From: a bacterium
GTDB taxonomy: Bacteria; Desulfobacterota; DSWW01
Reading direction: 5' to 3'
Assembly: GCA_040756235.1 (NCBI GenBank)
Contig: JBFLZG010000006.1
Location: 32,505-96,504 of the forward strand
Length of the DNA: 64,000 bases
The notes under the pieces were generated by a model. That model did not search any database. It had not been told where the DNA came from and worked only from the letters and a program-made list of their open reading frames with translations. Positions 39,024-47,966 of this stretch are shown here, in pieces. Every line of letters begins with the position of its first letter. The stretch's first letter is position 1. The position numbers were made by a program, and so were the translations under genes.

Positions 39024-39534
39024 CGACTCTCTCCTTTTCTGTGAGGCTGAAGGTCGGCCCGCCTGCTCAGGTGCGGCTGCGTCTGCGCAGGCACTCGTGC
39101 AGACGGGCGTTGCTCCCCAGCCTCTGGAGGGTGGATGCCAGGTTCGGCAGCCGCCCCTTTGGGGAAACCGGCAAAAAGACGTGTCAACGATCATGGAATT
39201 GGAGGAGGACCCGTTACCTGGGTGCAACCTGCTCAGGGCCGCTCGAGGGGCCTGCTTGCTTTCCGGCCGTCATCACCTCCTTTCCGCCGCGGGGGTCCCC
39301 GTTCTGCAACAGGTCGCCGCGGTTATGGAAGGGTCCCAGAAAGGGTTCGGGGCAGCCTTCCTGACGGAAACAGTTCTCTAATGTAATTGATGGGTTTTGT
39401 CAAGCATCTTACAGCGTGCTTTAAGAAAATCGAGCGGTACTGGGAGAGGCAGGCTTTTGGAGGGGGCCTAGGACAGGGACTGCAACACCCTGTCACCTGG
39501 ACCTGAAAACCCGGCAACTGGCAACCGACGACTG

Positions 39535-41328
39535 CTAAAGGGGCCGCTCTTCGTAGAGCGAGTCGAGGAGCCCTTTGAAGTGCTCTTCGACCACGCGTCG
39601 GCGTATCTTCAGGGTCGGGGTCAACTCGGCCTTCTCGACCTCCAGCAGCCGGGGGAGCAAGGCGAAGCGCTTGATCGATTCGAACCGGGCGACCTGCACG
39701 TTCACCTGATCCACGATCGTTTGCACCTCCTCGAGCAAGCCCGGATGCCGCAGCAACTCGTTCGATCCCAGCGCATCGGCCCCCTTTCGGCAGGCCCACT
39801 CCTTCAGTCTCTCCGGGTTGAGGGCGAGCAGGGCCGTCAGGTACTTTCTGCGGTCGCCGTGGACCAGCGCCTGTTCGATCATGGGGTTGTTGAGCAGCAG
39901 GTTCTCGATGTTGGAAGGCGTGACGTTCTTGCCGCCCGAGGTGATGATGATCTCCTTCTTGCGCCCGGTGATGTAGAGGAACCCCTCGGCGTCCAGACGG
40001 CCGATGTCGCCCGTGTGGATCCAGCCGGAAGCTTCGAGGGTCTCGGCCGTAAGCTCCGGCTGGTTGCGGTATCCCTTGAACACGATCGGACCGCGAACCA
40101 GGATCTCGCCGTCTTCGGCGAGCCTGAGGTCCACGCCGGCGAGCGGCTTGCCGACCGAGCCCAGCCGGTAGTCTTCGGGGCGGTTCAGGGTGCAAAAACA
40201 GCTCACCTCCGTCTGCCCGTAGCCTTCCAGCACGAGCATGCCGGCGGCATGAAAGAACTCCAGGATTTCGAGCGAGATGGGAGCGGCAGCGGATATGAAG
40301 AACCGCACGCGCCCCCCGAAGGCCTCCCGGACCTTTCGAAACACGATCCGGTCCGCGATGCGGCGCTCGAGGCGCAGCGCCGCGGGAGGCCTCTGCCGGG
40401 ACCGCTCCAGCCGGCTGCAGGCCCTGCCGACCCGTTCGGCCCAGCGGAAGATCCCTCTGGCGATGGGAGAGGCCCTGTCCGCCTCGGATAGGATCCGGCG
40501 GTGGGCCTTTTCGAAAATCCGCGGTACGCTCCCGAACACGGTGGGCCGGATCTCCCGGACGTCGTCCAGGATCCGGTTGATGTCTTCCACAAAGGCGGCC
40601 GGCACCCCCCGGTAGATCCGGTTGTAGTGCCCGGGGATCCGCTCCCCCACGTGCGAGAGGGGCAGGAAGAACATCATGATGTCCTGCTCGTTGACCTCAC
40701 CCAGGGCGCTCAGCATCTCGAGCTGTGCCATCACGTTGGCATGGGTGAGCATGGCGCCCTTGGGGGGGCCGGTGGTCCCCGAGGTGTAGATGATCAGGGC
40801 CACGCCGTCCGCCCGGATCTCGGCCTCGCGCCTGCGCGTCAACTCCGGGTCCCGGGACAGGGCCTCGCGGCCCTCCTCCTCCAGCTCGGAAAGGCCGGCC
40901 GCGGGCGGGGCGGCGTCCTCTTTCTCCCAGAATATCGTGGAAGCAAGCGAGGGCGTCTGATCCAGGTACGGCTGCACCTTTCGTAGAGAGCTGCCGTTCT
41001 CCACGAAGAGCAGGCGCGTGGAGGAGTCCTTCAGAATGTAAGCGACCTGCTCGCCGGTCAGAGTGGGATAGATGCCGATGCTGACTCCGCCGGCCCGCAG
41101 CACCGCCAGATCACACAGGGCCCACTCCAGGCAGGTCCTCCCGAGGATGGAGACGGCGTCCCCCGGAAGAAGCCCGGAAGCGATCAGCCCTGCGGCGAGG
41201 TAGTCCGCTCTCCGGTCCACCTCGGCCCAGGTCAAGGTCGCCCATCGCCGGTTCCGGCGGACGAGATAGGCCGGTCTGTTCGGCGAGATGCGGCTGCGTT
41301 CCCGCAGGAGGTCGGTCAGCTTCTCCAT
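39535..41328 (-). CDS. Long-chain fatty-acid--CoA ligase (AMP-dependent)
   Basis: YTSGTTGPPKG, EGYGQTE, HTGDIG, GRKKEIIITSGGKN, ELTPTLK. Confidence 0.93.
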   Translation of the reverse strand: MEKLTDLLRERSRISPNRPAYLVRRNRRWATLTWAEVDRRADYLAAGLIASGLLPGDAVSILGRTCLEWALCDLAVLRAGGVSIGIYPTLTGEQVAYILKDSSTRLLFVENGSSLRKVQPYLDQTPSLASTIFWEKEDAAPPAAGLSELEEEGREALSRDPELTRRREAEIRADGVALIIYTSGTTGPPKGAMLTHANVMAQLEMLSALGEVNEQDIMMFFLPLSHVGERIPGHYNRIYRGVPAAFVEDINRILDDVREIRPTVFGSVPRIFEKAHRRILSEADRASPIARGIFRWAERVGRACSRLERSRQRPPAALRLERRIADRIVFRKVREAFGGRVRFFISAAAPISLEILEFFHAAGMLVLEGYGQTEVSCFCTLNRPEDYRLGSVGKPLAGVDLRLAEDGEILVRGPIVFKGYRNQPELTAETLEASGWIHTGDIGRLDAEGFLYITGRKKEIIITSGGKNVTPSNIENLLLNNPMIEQALVHGDRRKYLTALLALNPERLKEWACRKGADALGSNELLRHPGLLEEVQTIVDQVNVQVARFESIKRFALLPRLLEVEKAELTPTLKIRRRVVEEHFKGLLDSLYEERPL

Positions 41329-41382
41329 CGCTCCCCTCCGATTGGTTCTGCTCCCCCTCGAGCGCCGTTGCGCAAACAAACG

Positions 41383-41413
41383 GAAGGGCCTTCTCTCGAC
41401 GAGAAGGCCCTTC
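41383..41413 (-). terminator. Intrinsic terminator/attenuator after SCP2 gene
   Basis: Perfect 13-bp stem GAAGGGCCTTCTC/GAGAAGGCCCTTC followed on minus strand by CGTTTGTTTG. Confidence 0.55.
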
Positions 41414-41459
41414 TGGTGCGTGCCTCGATTCGTTCCACCGGTCCACCGGCAAGCGGGGA

Positions 41460-41825
41460 TCAGCCGCCCATGATGGAGCCGAGCTTCATGGCCAGACTCA
41501 TGTCGCCGCTGATCTTGAGCTTGCCGGACATGAACGCCATCTGCGGGTTGAGGGTCCCGGCGTTGATCGCTCTCCAGTCCGCAATGGTCTGGGTGATGGT
41601 CAGCTTGGGCGACTCGGCCTTCCCCTTGGCGGTGGCGAACTTGCCGTCTTCGATCTTCATGTAATACTCGCCGCCGCCCTCTCCGGTGAGGACCACCTGA
41701 ATAACCGCATTGATGCCTTTGAGCTTCGCGGCCTGGTCCGGAGCGGCGGCCGCCTGCTCGGGAAGCCACTTCAGATAAAAATCGTCCGTTGTGATGTCTG
41801 CCGGGGGCTTGGGTCTCGCTGCCAT
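41460..41825 (-). CDS. SCP2 sterol/lipid-binding domain protein
   Basis: LNPQMAFMSGKLKISGDMSLAMKL. Confidence 0.9.
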   Translation of the reverse strand: MAARPKPPADITTDDFYLKWLPEQAAAAPDQAAKLKGINAVIQVVLTGEGGGEYYMKIEDGKFATAKGKAESPKLTITQTIADWRAINAGTLNPQMAFMSGKLKISGDMSLAMKLGSIMGG

Positions 41826-42108
41826 ACTGATTCCTCCTCTCGTGTTGGTTGAAGGGCCCGTTTGCAGCTAAGCTGGGTCGCTCTCGGGAAGTAAGGATCC
41901 CGTCTGGGGAAGTTGCATCATAATATTCTTTCTCATAGTACATTCCCGTGCAATATGCAAGCGATTTAGCGGTCCCGGGCGGCGCATTTCGCCCGCCGGA
42001 TTCCTTGCACACCGCACGGTTTCGTTGCCGGGCCGGGAGTCCCTGTGGTATAAACCGGGAGCCGCGATTTCGCTGCCGACAGGCTCCGGACAGGCCTCAG
42101 GGGGACCC

Positions 42109-42528
42109 ATGGAAGAACTGATTCGTTTCGGGGTGTCGATCAGCGCCGTTCTGCTGGAGAGATTCGACAGCCACATCTCCAAGAAAGGCTACGTCAATCG
42201 CTCCGAGGCGATCCGGGATCTCATCCGCAAGCATCTGGTGGAGGCCGAGTGGGAGCAGGGCGACAAGGAGACCCTCGGGACGCTCACCATTCTTTACAAC
42301 CACCACGTGCGCGAGCTCGCCGATCGGCTCGATGATTTTCAGCACGAGCATTATGATCATGTCATATCGACCCTGCACGTACATCTGGACGAGCAGAACT
42401 GCCTGGAGGTCATGGTGCTGAGGGGCTTGCCCGCCGAGATCCGGTCACTCGCCGACCACATCCTGGGGGTGAAAGGCGTCAAGCACGGGCAGCTCGTGAT
42501 GACTTCCCTGGGAGCCGAACTGGACTAG
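42109..42528 (+). CDS. nikR: Nickel-responsive regulator NikR
   Basis: RFGVSI ribbon, NRSEAIRDLIR, FQH, HVHLD..NCLEV, GVKHG. Confidence 0.95.
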   Translation: MEELIRFGVSISAVLLERFDSHISKKGYVNRSEAIRDLIRKHLVEAEWEQGDKETLGTLTILYNHHVRELADRLDDFQHEHYDHVISTLHVHLDEQNCLEVMVLRGLPAEIRSLADHILGVKGVKHGQLVMTSLGAELD

Positions 42529-42688
42529 GAGGCTGTCCATAAACGCCCATCTGCTGCGTTGCGCTCATGGCGAACGGAGGCGGGAGGGAGCCTGCCCCGG
42601 CGAACGCCGGGGTCCACGGGGATTCCCGATACGCCTCATTCCTCGGGACTTCGCGCGCCTTGCATCTGAGCATTTCTGAACAGCCTCC
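42528..42688 (-). repeat. MITE-like element with nested palindrome
   Basis: GGAGGCTG..CAGCCTCC ends; begins at nikR stop. Confidence 0.85.
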
Positions 42689-42763
42689 GGGGTTGAATCT
42701 TTAAATAACAGATGCAAGACGAAGCGCGTGCGTCGAAAGCATCGGACCGGGAGGACAGGGGTG

Positions 42764-43783
42764 ATGGAGAAGGCATGCATTTTCGGAAGCGGTGGATGGG
42801 GCACCGCTCTTGCGCAGCTTTGCGCGCTTCGCGGGTATGAAGTCTCTCAATGGGTGAGGGAGCCGGAAGTCGCCGATTCGATCAACCGGGAACACGCAAA
42901 CCCGGTATTCCTGCCCGGGATTCCGCTCTCTCCGAAGGTCCAGGCCACCCAGGATGAGGAGGAGGCGCTGCAAGGGGCTGCGGTCGTGCTCCTGGTGGTC
43001 CCATCCCAATTCATGCGTCAGGTGGTGACCAGGATCCGTTATCGCCTGCCGACGCAGGTCCCGATCGTCTGCTGCAGCAAGGGCATCGAGAAGGGCAGCC
43101 TCGAGCTCATGTCCGAGGTGCTGACGGGCGAGCTGCCGGGCAAGCACCATCCTTTCCTGAGCTACCTTTCGGGACCCAGCTTCGCAAGGGAGGTGGCGGA
43201 AGGAAAGCCGGCCAATGTCACCGTGGCGGGACAGAACCGGGATCTGAGGGCCAAGGTGCAGGCCATGCTCGGCAGTCCGCTGTTCCGCATCTACACGTCT
43301 CCCGACATCGTGGGCGTCCAGGTGGGGGGCGCCGTGAAGAACGTCATCGCCATCGCGGTGGGCGCCTGTGACGGCATGGGATTCGGGTTGAACGCTCAGG
43401 CGAGCCTGATCACGCGGGGGCTGGCTGAGATCAGCCGCCTGGCCGTGGCCAAGGGTGCGTATCCCCTGACCCTGAGCGGCCACGCCGGGATCGGCGATCT
43501 GGTGCTCACCTGCACGGGGTCCCTGAGCCGAAACCGCAGGGTCGGGTTCTCCCTGGGACAGGGAAAATCTCTGGCCGAGGTGCTCGGGTCGACCCAGATG
43601 GTGGCCGAGGGAGTTGCCACCGCTCACTCGGTGCGAGATCTGTCTCAGCGGCTGGGCGTCTCCATGCCCATCTCGGAGCAGGTCGCGAAGGTGCTGTACG
43701 AGGGGCAGTCCGTGGAGACGGCCGCCCGCACCCTCATGGAAAGACCCCTGAGGGAGGAGCTGGAAGAGCCGGAAGGCGGCTGA
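42764..43783 (+). CDS. gpsA: NAD(P)H-dependent glycerol-3-phosphate dehydrogenase
   Basis: GSGGWGTALA, SKGIE, LSGPSFA, GAVKNVIAIA, GDLVLTC..SRNR. Confidence 0.96.
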   Translation: MEKACIFGSGGWGTALAQLCALRGYEVSQWVREPEVADSINREHANPVFLPGIPLSPKVQATQDEEEALQGAAVVLLVVPSQFMRQVVTRIRYRLPTQVPIVCCSKGIEKGSLELMSEVLTGELPGKHHPFLSYLSGPSFAREVAEGKPANVTVAGQNRDLRAKVQAMLGSPLFRIYTSPDIVGVQVGGAVKNVIAIAVGACDGMGFGLNAQASLITRGLAEISRLAVAKGAYPLTLSGHAGIGDLVLTCTGSLSRNRRVGFSLGQGKSLAEVLGSTQMVAEGVATAHSVRDLSQRLGVSMPISEQVAKVLYEGQSVETAARTLMERPLREELEEPEGG

Positions 43784-43884
43784 GCAACCTGCTCCCCACC
43801 CCCTGAATCCGAATAAGTAGAGCCTGTGCCAGAGGGCCCGAAGACGGAGGCGACCTCCAGGCAAGGGAGGAGCGAGCGACCATC

Positions 43885-44787
43885 ATGGGGAATACGGATC
43901 AGAAAAAACCCCGGAACCGGGGGAACCGGCTCGCGAAGGTCGGGTCTTCGAGAGTCGGTCCGAGCACGAGCAAAGCTCGCAAGGAAGCCGATCCGGCGGA
44001 AGATTCGGTGATTCGCATCGATCGGCGCCCTGACCTGCACTTGCCGGTGCTGTTCGCCGCCTGGCCGGGAATGGGCAGCGTGGCGGTCATGGTCGCCCAG
44101 AAGCTGGTGGAGAAGCTCGGCCTGGAGCCGATCGGCTGCCTGGATTCGGCGGCGTTCACGTACTCCGAGGGTATTCTCATCCGCAATCACATCATTCTGC
44201 CGCTCCAGCTTCCCGAGTACCGCTTCTACGCCGGCCGCAACCCTTCCGGCAAGGGGGATCTCCTGGTTTTCATTGCGGACAATCAACCTACCCACCCCCA
44301 AGGATTCGCCCTGGCGCGCCTGGTCCTTAAGGTCGCCAACCAGTTCGGGGTGCGCAGAATGTACACGGCGGCCGCGCTGGCCACCTCCATATCCCACATG
44401 GAGACCCCGAGAGTCTGGGGAGTTTCGACCCACCGTGAGTCCCTGACCGAGCTGAGGGGCCTTTCGATCGAGTTGCTTGCCGAAGGGCACGTCCGAGGCC
44501 TGAACGGTTTGCTGCTCGGCGTGGGCAAGCATATGGGCTTCGAAGGCATCTGCCTGCTCGGAGAGCTCCCCTATTACATGGTCGGCATGGACAATCCGAA
44601 ATCCAGTCTCGCCATCCTGGAAAAGCTGTCCCTCCTCTGGTCGCTCTCCATGGACCTGTCCGATCTGCGTGAGGAAGCCCTGCAGAAAGAGATGGAGATC
44701 GAGGACTTCATCCGGAGGGGCGAGAAAGACTCCAGGCTCGAAGGGATCGTGCGCCGGTCGGAAGAGGATTTCGACAATCTGCAGTAG
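43885..44787 (+). CDS. PAC2-family protein
   Basis: AAWPGMGSVA, GLNGLLLG, CLLGE..Y...NPKS. Confidence 0.8.
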   Translation: MGNTDQKKPRNRGNRLAKVGSSRVGPSTSKARKEADPAEDSVIRIDRRPDLHLPVLFAAWPGMGSVAVMVAQKLVEKLGLEPIGCLDSAAFTYSEGILIRNHIILPLQLPEYRFYAGRNPSGKGDLLVFIADNQPTHPQGFALARLVLKVANQFGVRRMYTAAALATSISHMETPRVWGVSTHRESLTELRGLSIELLAEGHVRGLNGLLLGVGKHMGFEGICLLGELPYYMVGMDNPKSSLAILEKLSLLWSLSMDLSDLREEALQKEMEIEDFIRRGEKDSRLEGIVRRSEEDFDNLQ

Positions 44788-44797
44788 GCCCCGCCCG

Positions 44798-44823
44798 GAG
44801 GGCGACGCATGCGTCGCCCCTAC
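44798..44823. repeat. GTAG/CTAC-type REP GAGGGCGACGCATGCGTCGCCCCTAC
   Basis: Identical 26-mer at 46038-46063; variants at 24634-24659, 46162-46185, 53209-53234. Confidence 0.8.
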
Positions 44824-44843
44824 GTCCTGTATGCTTCACTTCT

Positions 44844-45440
44844 CTAGAATGGTACGGGGCGCAGATGCGAGCTCACGCGCTTGCAGATCACCTCCGGCCT
44901 CTTCGCGCTGAAGGCGTACGTCCTGCGTTGGTCGCGTTCGCGCACGATGATCTTCACCGCAACCCGCCGATCGCCCGGAACGTTGTACAGCACAGTGCCG
45001 TCGACGGCTTTCCGGATCCCCCAGCCGAGGAAATCGGAGAGCTGATAGCGGAACGGCCTGCAGTCCAGAACGTCCTCGTAAGCGAATCGTTTGTTGAACA
45101 GATAGAAGCCGAACAGGATCCCCGTGGAGGAGACGCTCACCCGCAGGGTGAGAAAGATCCGGAGCATCCAGAGAATGCCTATGAAAACGATGCAGAGAGT
45201 GAAATTCAAGAAGTCGTTTGCGAGCTCGTCAAAGATGGGGTACAAGAGCAGGAAACCGATGAGGACGGCGAACACCAGATAGATCACGCTGCGCAGCCAC
45301 AGCGGGGTCACAAGGATTTCTTCGTATTCAATCACGCTGGCCGGCTTCTTCTTGCCGGCGCCCTCGGGATCCTTCCTGCGGTGGTCTTTCTTCGGCGAGG
45401 GATCCCTCATGGTGCGGCCTCTGTCTGCGTGAGCTTTCAC
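44844..45440 (-). CDS. Hypothetical two-TM membrane protein
   Basis: Two TM helices then GWGIR motif; start uncertain. Confidence 0.7.
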   Translation of the reverse strand: MKAHADRGRTMRDPSPKKDHRRKDPEGAGKKKPASVIEYEEILVTPLWLRSVIYLVFAVLIGFLLLYPIFDELANDFLNFTLCIVFIGILWMLRIFLTLRVSVSSTGILFGFYLFNKRFAYEDVLDCRPFRYQLSDFLGWGIRKAVDGTVLYNVPGDRRVAVKIIVRERDQRRTYAFSAKRPEVICKRVSSHLRPVPF

Positions 45441-45493
45441 CTTAGGGTCTCGGTCCGGGGAAAGTCAATGAACATCGGTCAGGAGATCTCGCC

Positions 45494-46039
45494 ATGAAAT
45501 TCGAATCTTCCCAGGTGATCGATTTCCCGGTCGAGCGGGTCTTCACGGTGGTCCGCGATCATCTTGCGGAGCTGGTTCCGTTCATGCCGAACGTGGACAA
45601 GATCGAGATCCGATCCAGGGAGCCGATCGACGGAGGCCGGATCCGGATCGTGAACCGCTGGTACGGGAGAGCGGAGGTGCCGGCGATCGCGGCCCGCTTC
45701 ATTCCGCCGGAGATGGTCGGTTGGGTGGACACGGCCGTCTGGGATGAGAGCCGGTACTCCTGCCAGTGGCAGATCGAGCCGCTCTTCATGCGCGAGAGCG
45801 TGAGTTGCACCGGCGTGAACGACTACCGTCGCGAGGAGGCGGGCCGCAAGACCCGGCTCCAGATCACGGGCGACCTCTCGGTACGCTCCAAAGGGCTTCC
45901 GGGAGTCCCGCGGCTGCTCGAGCGAAAGGTCGCCGAGCAGATCGAAAAGTTCGTCGTTCGACTGCTGGCGCCGAATCTGGACCGGCTGGCCAGGGGCGTG
46001 AACGATTACCTGACGAAGGTGCAAGGAAACTCGGGGTGA
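45494..46039 (+). CDS. START/SRPBCC-like (DUF2505-type) protein
   Basis: AGGAG RBS; 181-aa helix-grip-like pattern. Confidence 0.6.
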   Translation: MKFESSQVIDFPVERVFTVVRDHLAELVPFMPNVDKIEIRSREPIDGGRIRIVNRWYGRAEVPAIAARFIPPEMVGWVDTAVWDESRYSCQWQIEPLFMRESVSCTGVNDYRREEAGRKTRLQITGDLSVRSKGLPGVPRLLERKVAEQIEKFVVRLLAPNLDRLARGVNDYLTKVQGNSG

Positions 46040-46216
46040 GGGCGACGCATGCGTCGCCCCTACAACGCTCCGCGAAAGCGCAGGCCGGGGTCCGGTACCT
46101 GTTCAAAGAGCCCGTCATTCCCGCGAAAGCGGGAATCCCGCTGCGCCTCGGGATCCAAGACGGGCGCAGCAAGCAGCGCCCCTACAAGGCACGCGGAAGC
46201 GGCGGGCCGGGATGAC
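46038..46216. repeat. Cluster of REP + REPIN-like element with nested REP
   Basis: REP 46038-46063; GTCATTCCCGCGAAAGCGGGAATCC..CCGGGATGAC 46114-46216 interrupted by REP 46162-46185. Confidence 0.75.
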
Positions 46217-46260
46217 GGCACCCTCCGAGGGTGCGCCGTCGGGCATGATGATGGCGCCGG

Positions 46261-46514
46261 AAGTGCGGTGGGTGTCCCGCACGAGGAGGCGAGGGCGAGT
46301 CGCGGAGGCCGTCCCGAGTCACGATAGGCCGGTGGAACGAAGACTTGTCTCCTTGCTACCGCCCCCGCAGGCGGTGCACCCTGTGAACACCCGGCCCGGG
46401 ACGAGGGACGAAACGGCGAACTTGCCCGAGGGGCTGCGGTCTCCGACCTTTCGGAGGAGAAGAGCCGGAGCGTTCTGAGCCCGAGACGATCGAGGCGGGG
46501 CACCCACCGCACTT
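46261..46514 (+). ncRNA. Candidate structured non-coding RNA
   Basis: 20-bp closing stem with a single G-U pair plus internal hairpins; family not recognised. Confidence 0.4.
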
Positions 46515-46532
46515 GCCAACCGGTCGAAGCGG

Positions 46533-47957
46533 CTACGGCGGGTCCTCCGTGTCTTTTGCCCCGTGCGGCAGGGCGATGTTGTGCTTGCGGATCAGCCGGT
46601 AGAAGTTCGTCCTCTGCATGCCCACCGACTTCGCGGACTGGCTCACGCTCCAGCCGTTCCCTGCGAGCGCGCTCAGCACGAATTCCTTTTCGATGTCCTC
46701 GGTCGCCCTTTCTCTGAGCTGCTTCTTGACCTCCTTGAGCTCGCGGATGGTCTCGGGCACCTGGCACCCCTTCTGAGTGGCAGCGAGCTGGACGTGCTCG
46801 GGCAGGTCGTGAGGCAGGATCTGGTCTCCTTCGAAATGGATCGAAGCCCGCTCCATCGTGTTTTCCAGCTCGCGGATGTTGCCCTGCCAGTCGTATGCCA
46901 GCAGGCACTTGAGGGTTTTCTCGGGAACCCGGGGAACCGGCCGCCGGTTCTTTTCGGCGATCCGTTTCAGGAAGTGATCGATCAGGACGGGGATGTCTTC
47001 CTTCCTGTCCCGGAGGGGAGGCAGAAAAATGGGGACCACGTAGAGGCGATAGAACAGATCTTCCCGGAACGTTCCGGTCTCCACCATCTTCTTGAGGTTC
47101 TTGTTCGTGGCGGCGATCAATCGAATGTCGGTTTCTCTTTGCTCCGTGCCCCCGACCGGGATGTACTTTCGTTCCTGGATGACGCGCAGCAGCTTGCCCT
47201 GGAGCTCGAAGCTCAGGTCTCCGATCTCGTCCAGGAAGAGCGTGCCGCCGTTGGCGATCTCGAAGAAGCCGGCCTTGGCCGAGACGGCCCCGGTGAAAGA
47301 CCCCTTCACGTGGCCGAACAGCTCGCTCTCGAGCAGGCTGTGGGTGAGGGTCAGGCAGTCCACCACGACGAAGTGGCTGTCCCTGCGGTGGCTGTTGTTA
47401 TGGATCGCCCTGGCGACCAGCTCCTTGCCGGTTCCGCTCTCCCCGATGATGAGGACCGTGGTGTCGGTCGCCGCCACCTTGCTGATGATCTTGAAGACGT
47501 CGATCATCCGGGGGCTGTTGCCGATGATGTTCTCGAAGATCATCTGCGACGGCAGCTCCTGGTCGGACACGAACCGCTCGAGCAGCCTTCCCTTTTCCTC
47601 CAGGGCCTTCTTCACCGTGAGCAGGAGCTCGGACGGGGAGAACGGCTTGGCGAGATAGTCGAAGGCGCCGAGCTTGATCGACTCGACGGCCGTGTTGATC
47701 GAGGAGTAACCGGTGATCATGATCACTTGCGTGTGGGGATACTCCTGCTTGACGATCTTCAGGAGATCCATGCCGCCTTTCTTGTGCATGACCAGGTCGG
47801 CAATCACCACGTCGAAACCTTGCTCCGCCAGTTTCTCCAGCGCCTGATCGACCGTTTGTGCGGCCGCCACGCAGTAGCCTTGGCTGGACAGAGCGCGGCG
47901 GCAGCTCTCCAGGACCACTTCTTCGTCGTCTACCACCAGAGCATTCACCTCCGCCAT
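46533..47957 (-). CDS. Sigma-54-dependent response regulator (NtrC family)
   Basis: VVDDE receiver; GESGTGKE; ESELFGHVKGSFTGA; FLDEIG; WQGNIREL; Fis HTH. Confidence 0.95.
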   Translation of the reverse strand: MAEVNALVVDDEEVVLESCRRALSSQGYCVAAAQTVDQALEKLAEQGFDVVIADLVMHKKGGMDLLKIVKQEYPHTQVIMITGYSSINTAVESIKLGAFDYLAKPFSPSELLLTVKKALEEKGRLLERFVSDQELPSQMIFENIIGNSPRMIDVFKIISKVAATDTTVLIIGESGTGKELVARAIHNNSHRRDSHFVVVDCLTLTHSLLESELFGHVKGSFTGAVSAKAGFFEIANGGTLFLDEIGDLSFELQGKLLRVIQERKYIPVGGTEQRETDIRLIAATNKNLKKMVETGTFREDLFYRLYVVPIFLPPLRDRKEDIPVLIDHFLKRIAEKNRRPVPRVPEKTLKCLLAYDWQGNIRELENTMERASIHFEGDQILPHDLPEHVQLAATQKGCQVPETIRELKEVKKQLRERATEDIEKEFVLSALAGNGWSVSQSAKSVGMQRTNFYRLIRKHNIALPHGAKDTEDPP

Positions 47958-47966
47958 CGTCTCCCC

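Noticed and set aside
41910..41960. NikR operator in the AT-rich stretch upstream of nikR/SCP2
   Set aside because: No convincing spaced inverted hexamer; more likely ordinary promoter sequence.
41329..42012. Apparent 825-aa acyl-CoA ligase with long N-terminus
   Set aside because: Extension overlaps the SCP2 gene in another frame and a terminator-like hairpin; true start likely 41328.
46261..46514. SRP RNA, 6S RNA or retron msr-msd identity
   Set aside because: No SRP helix-8 CAGG-GNRA-AGCA motif; GGCACCCACC is in the closing stem, unlike 6S; no reverse transcriptase nearby.
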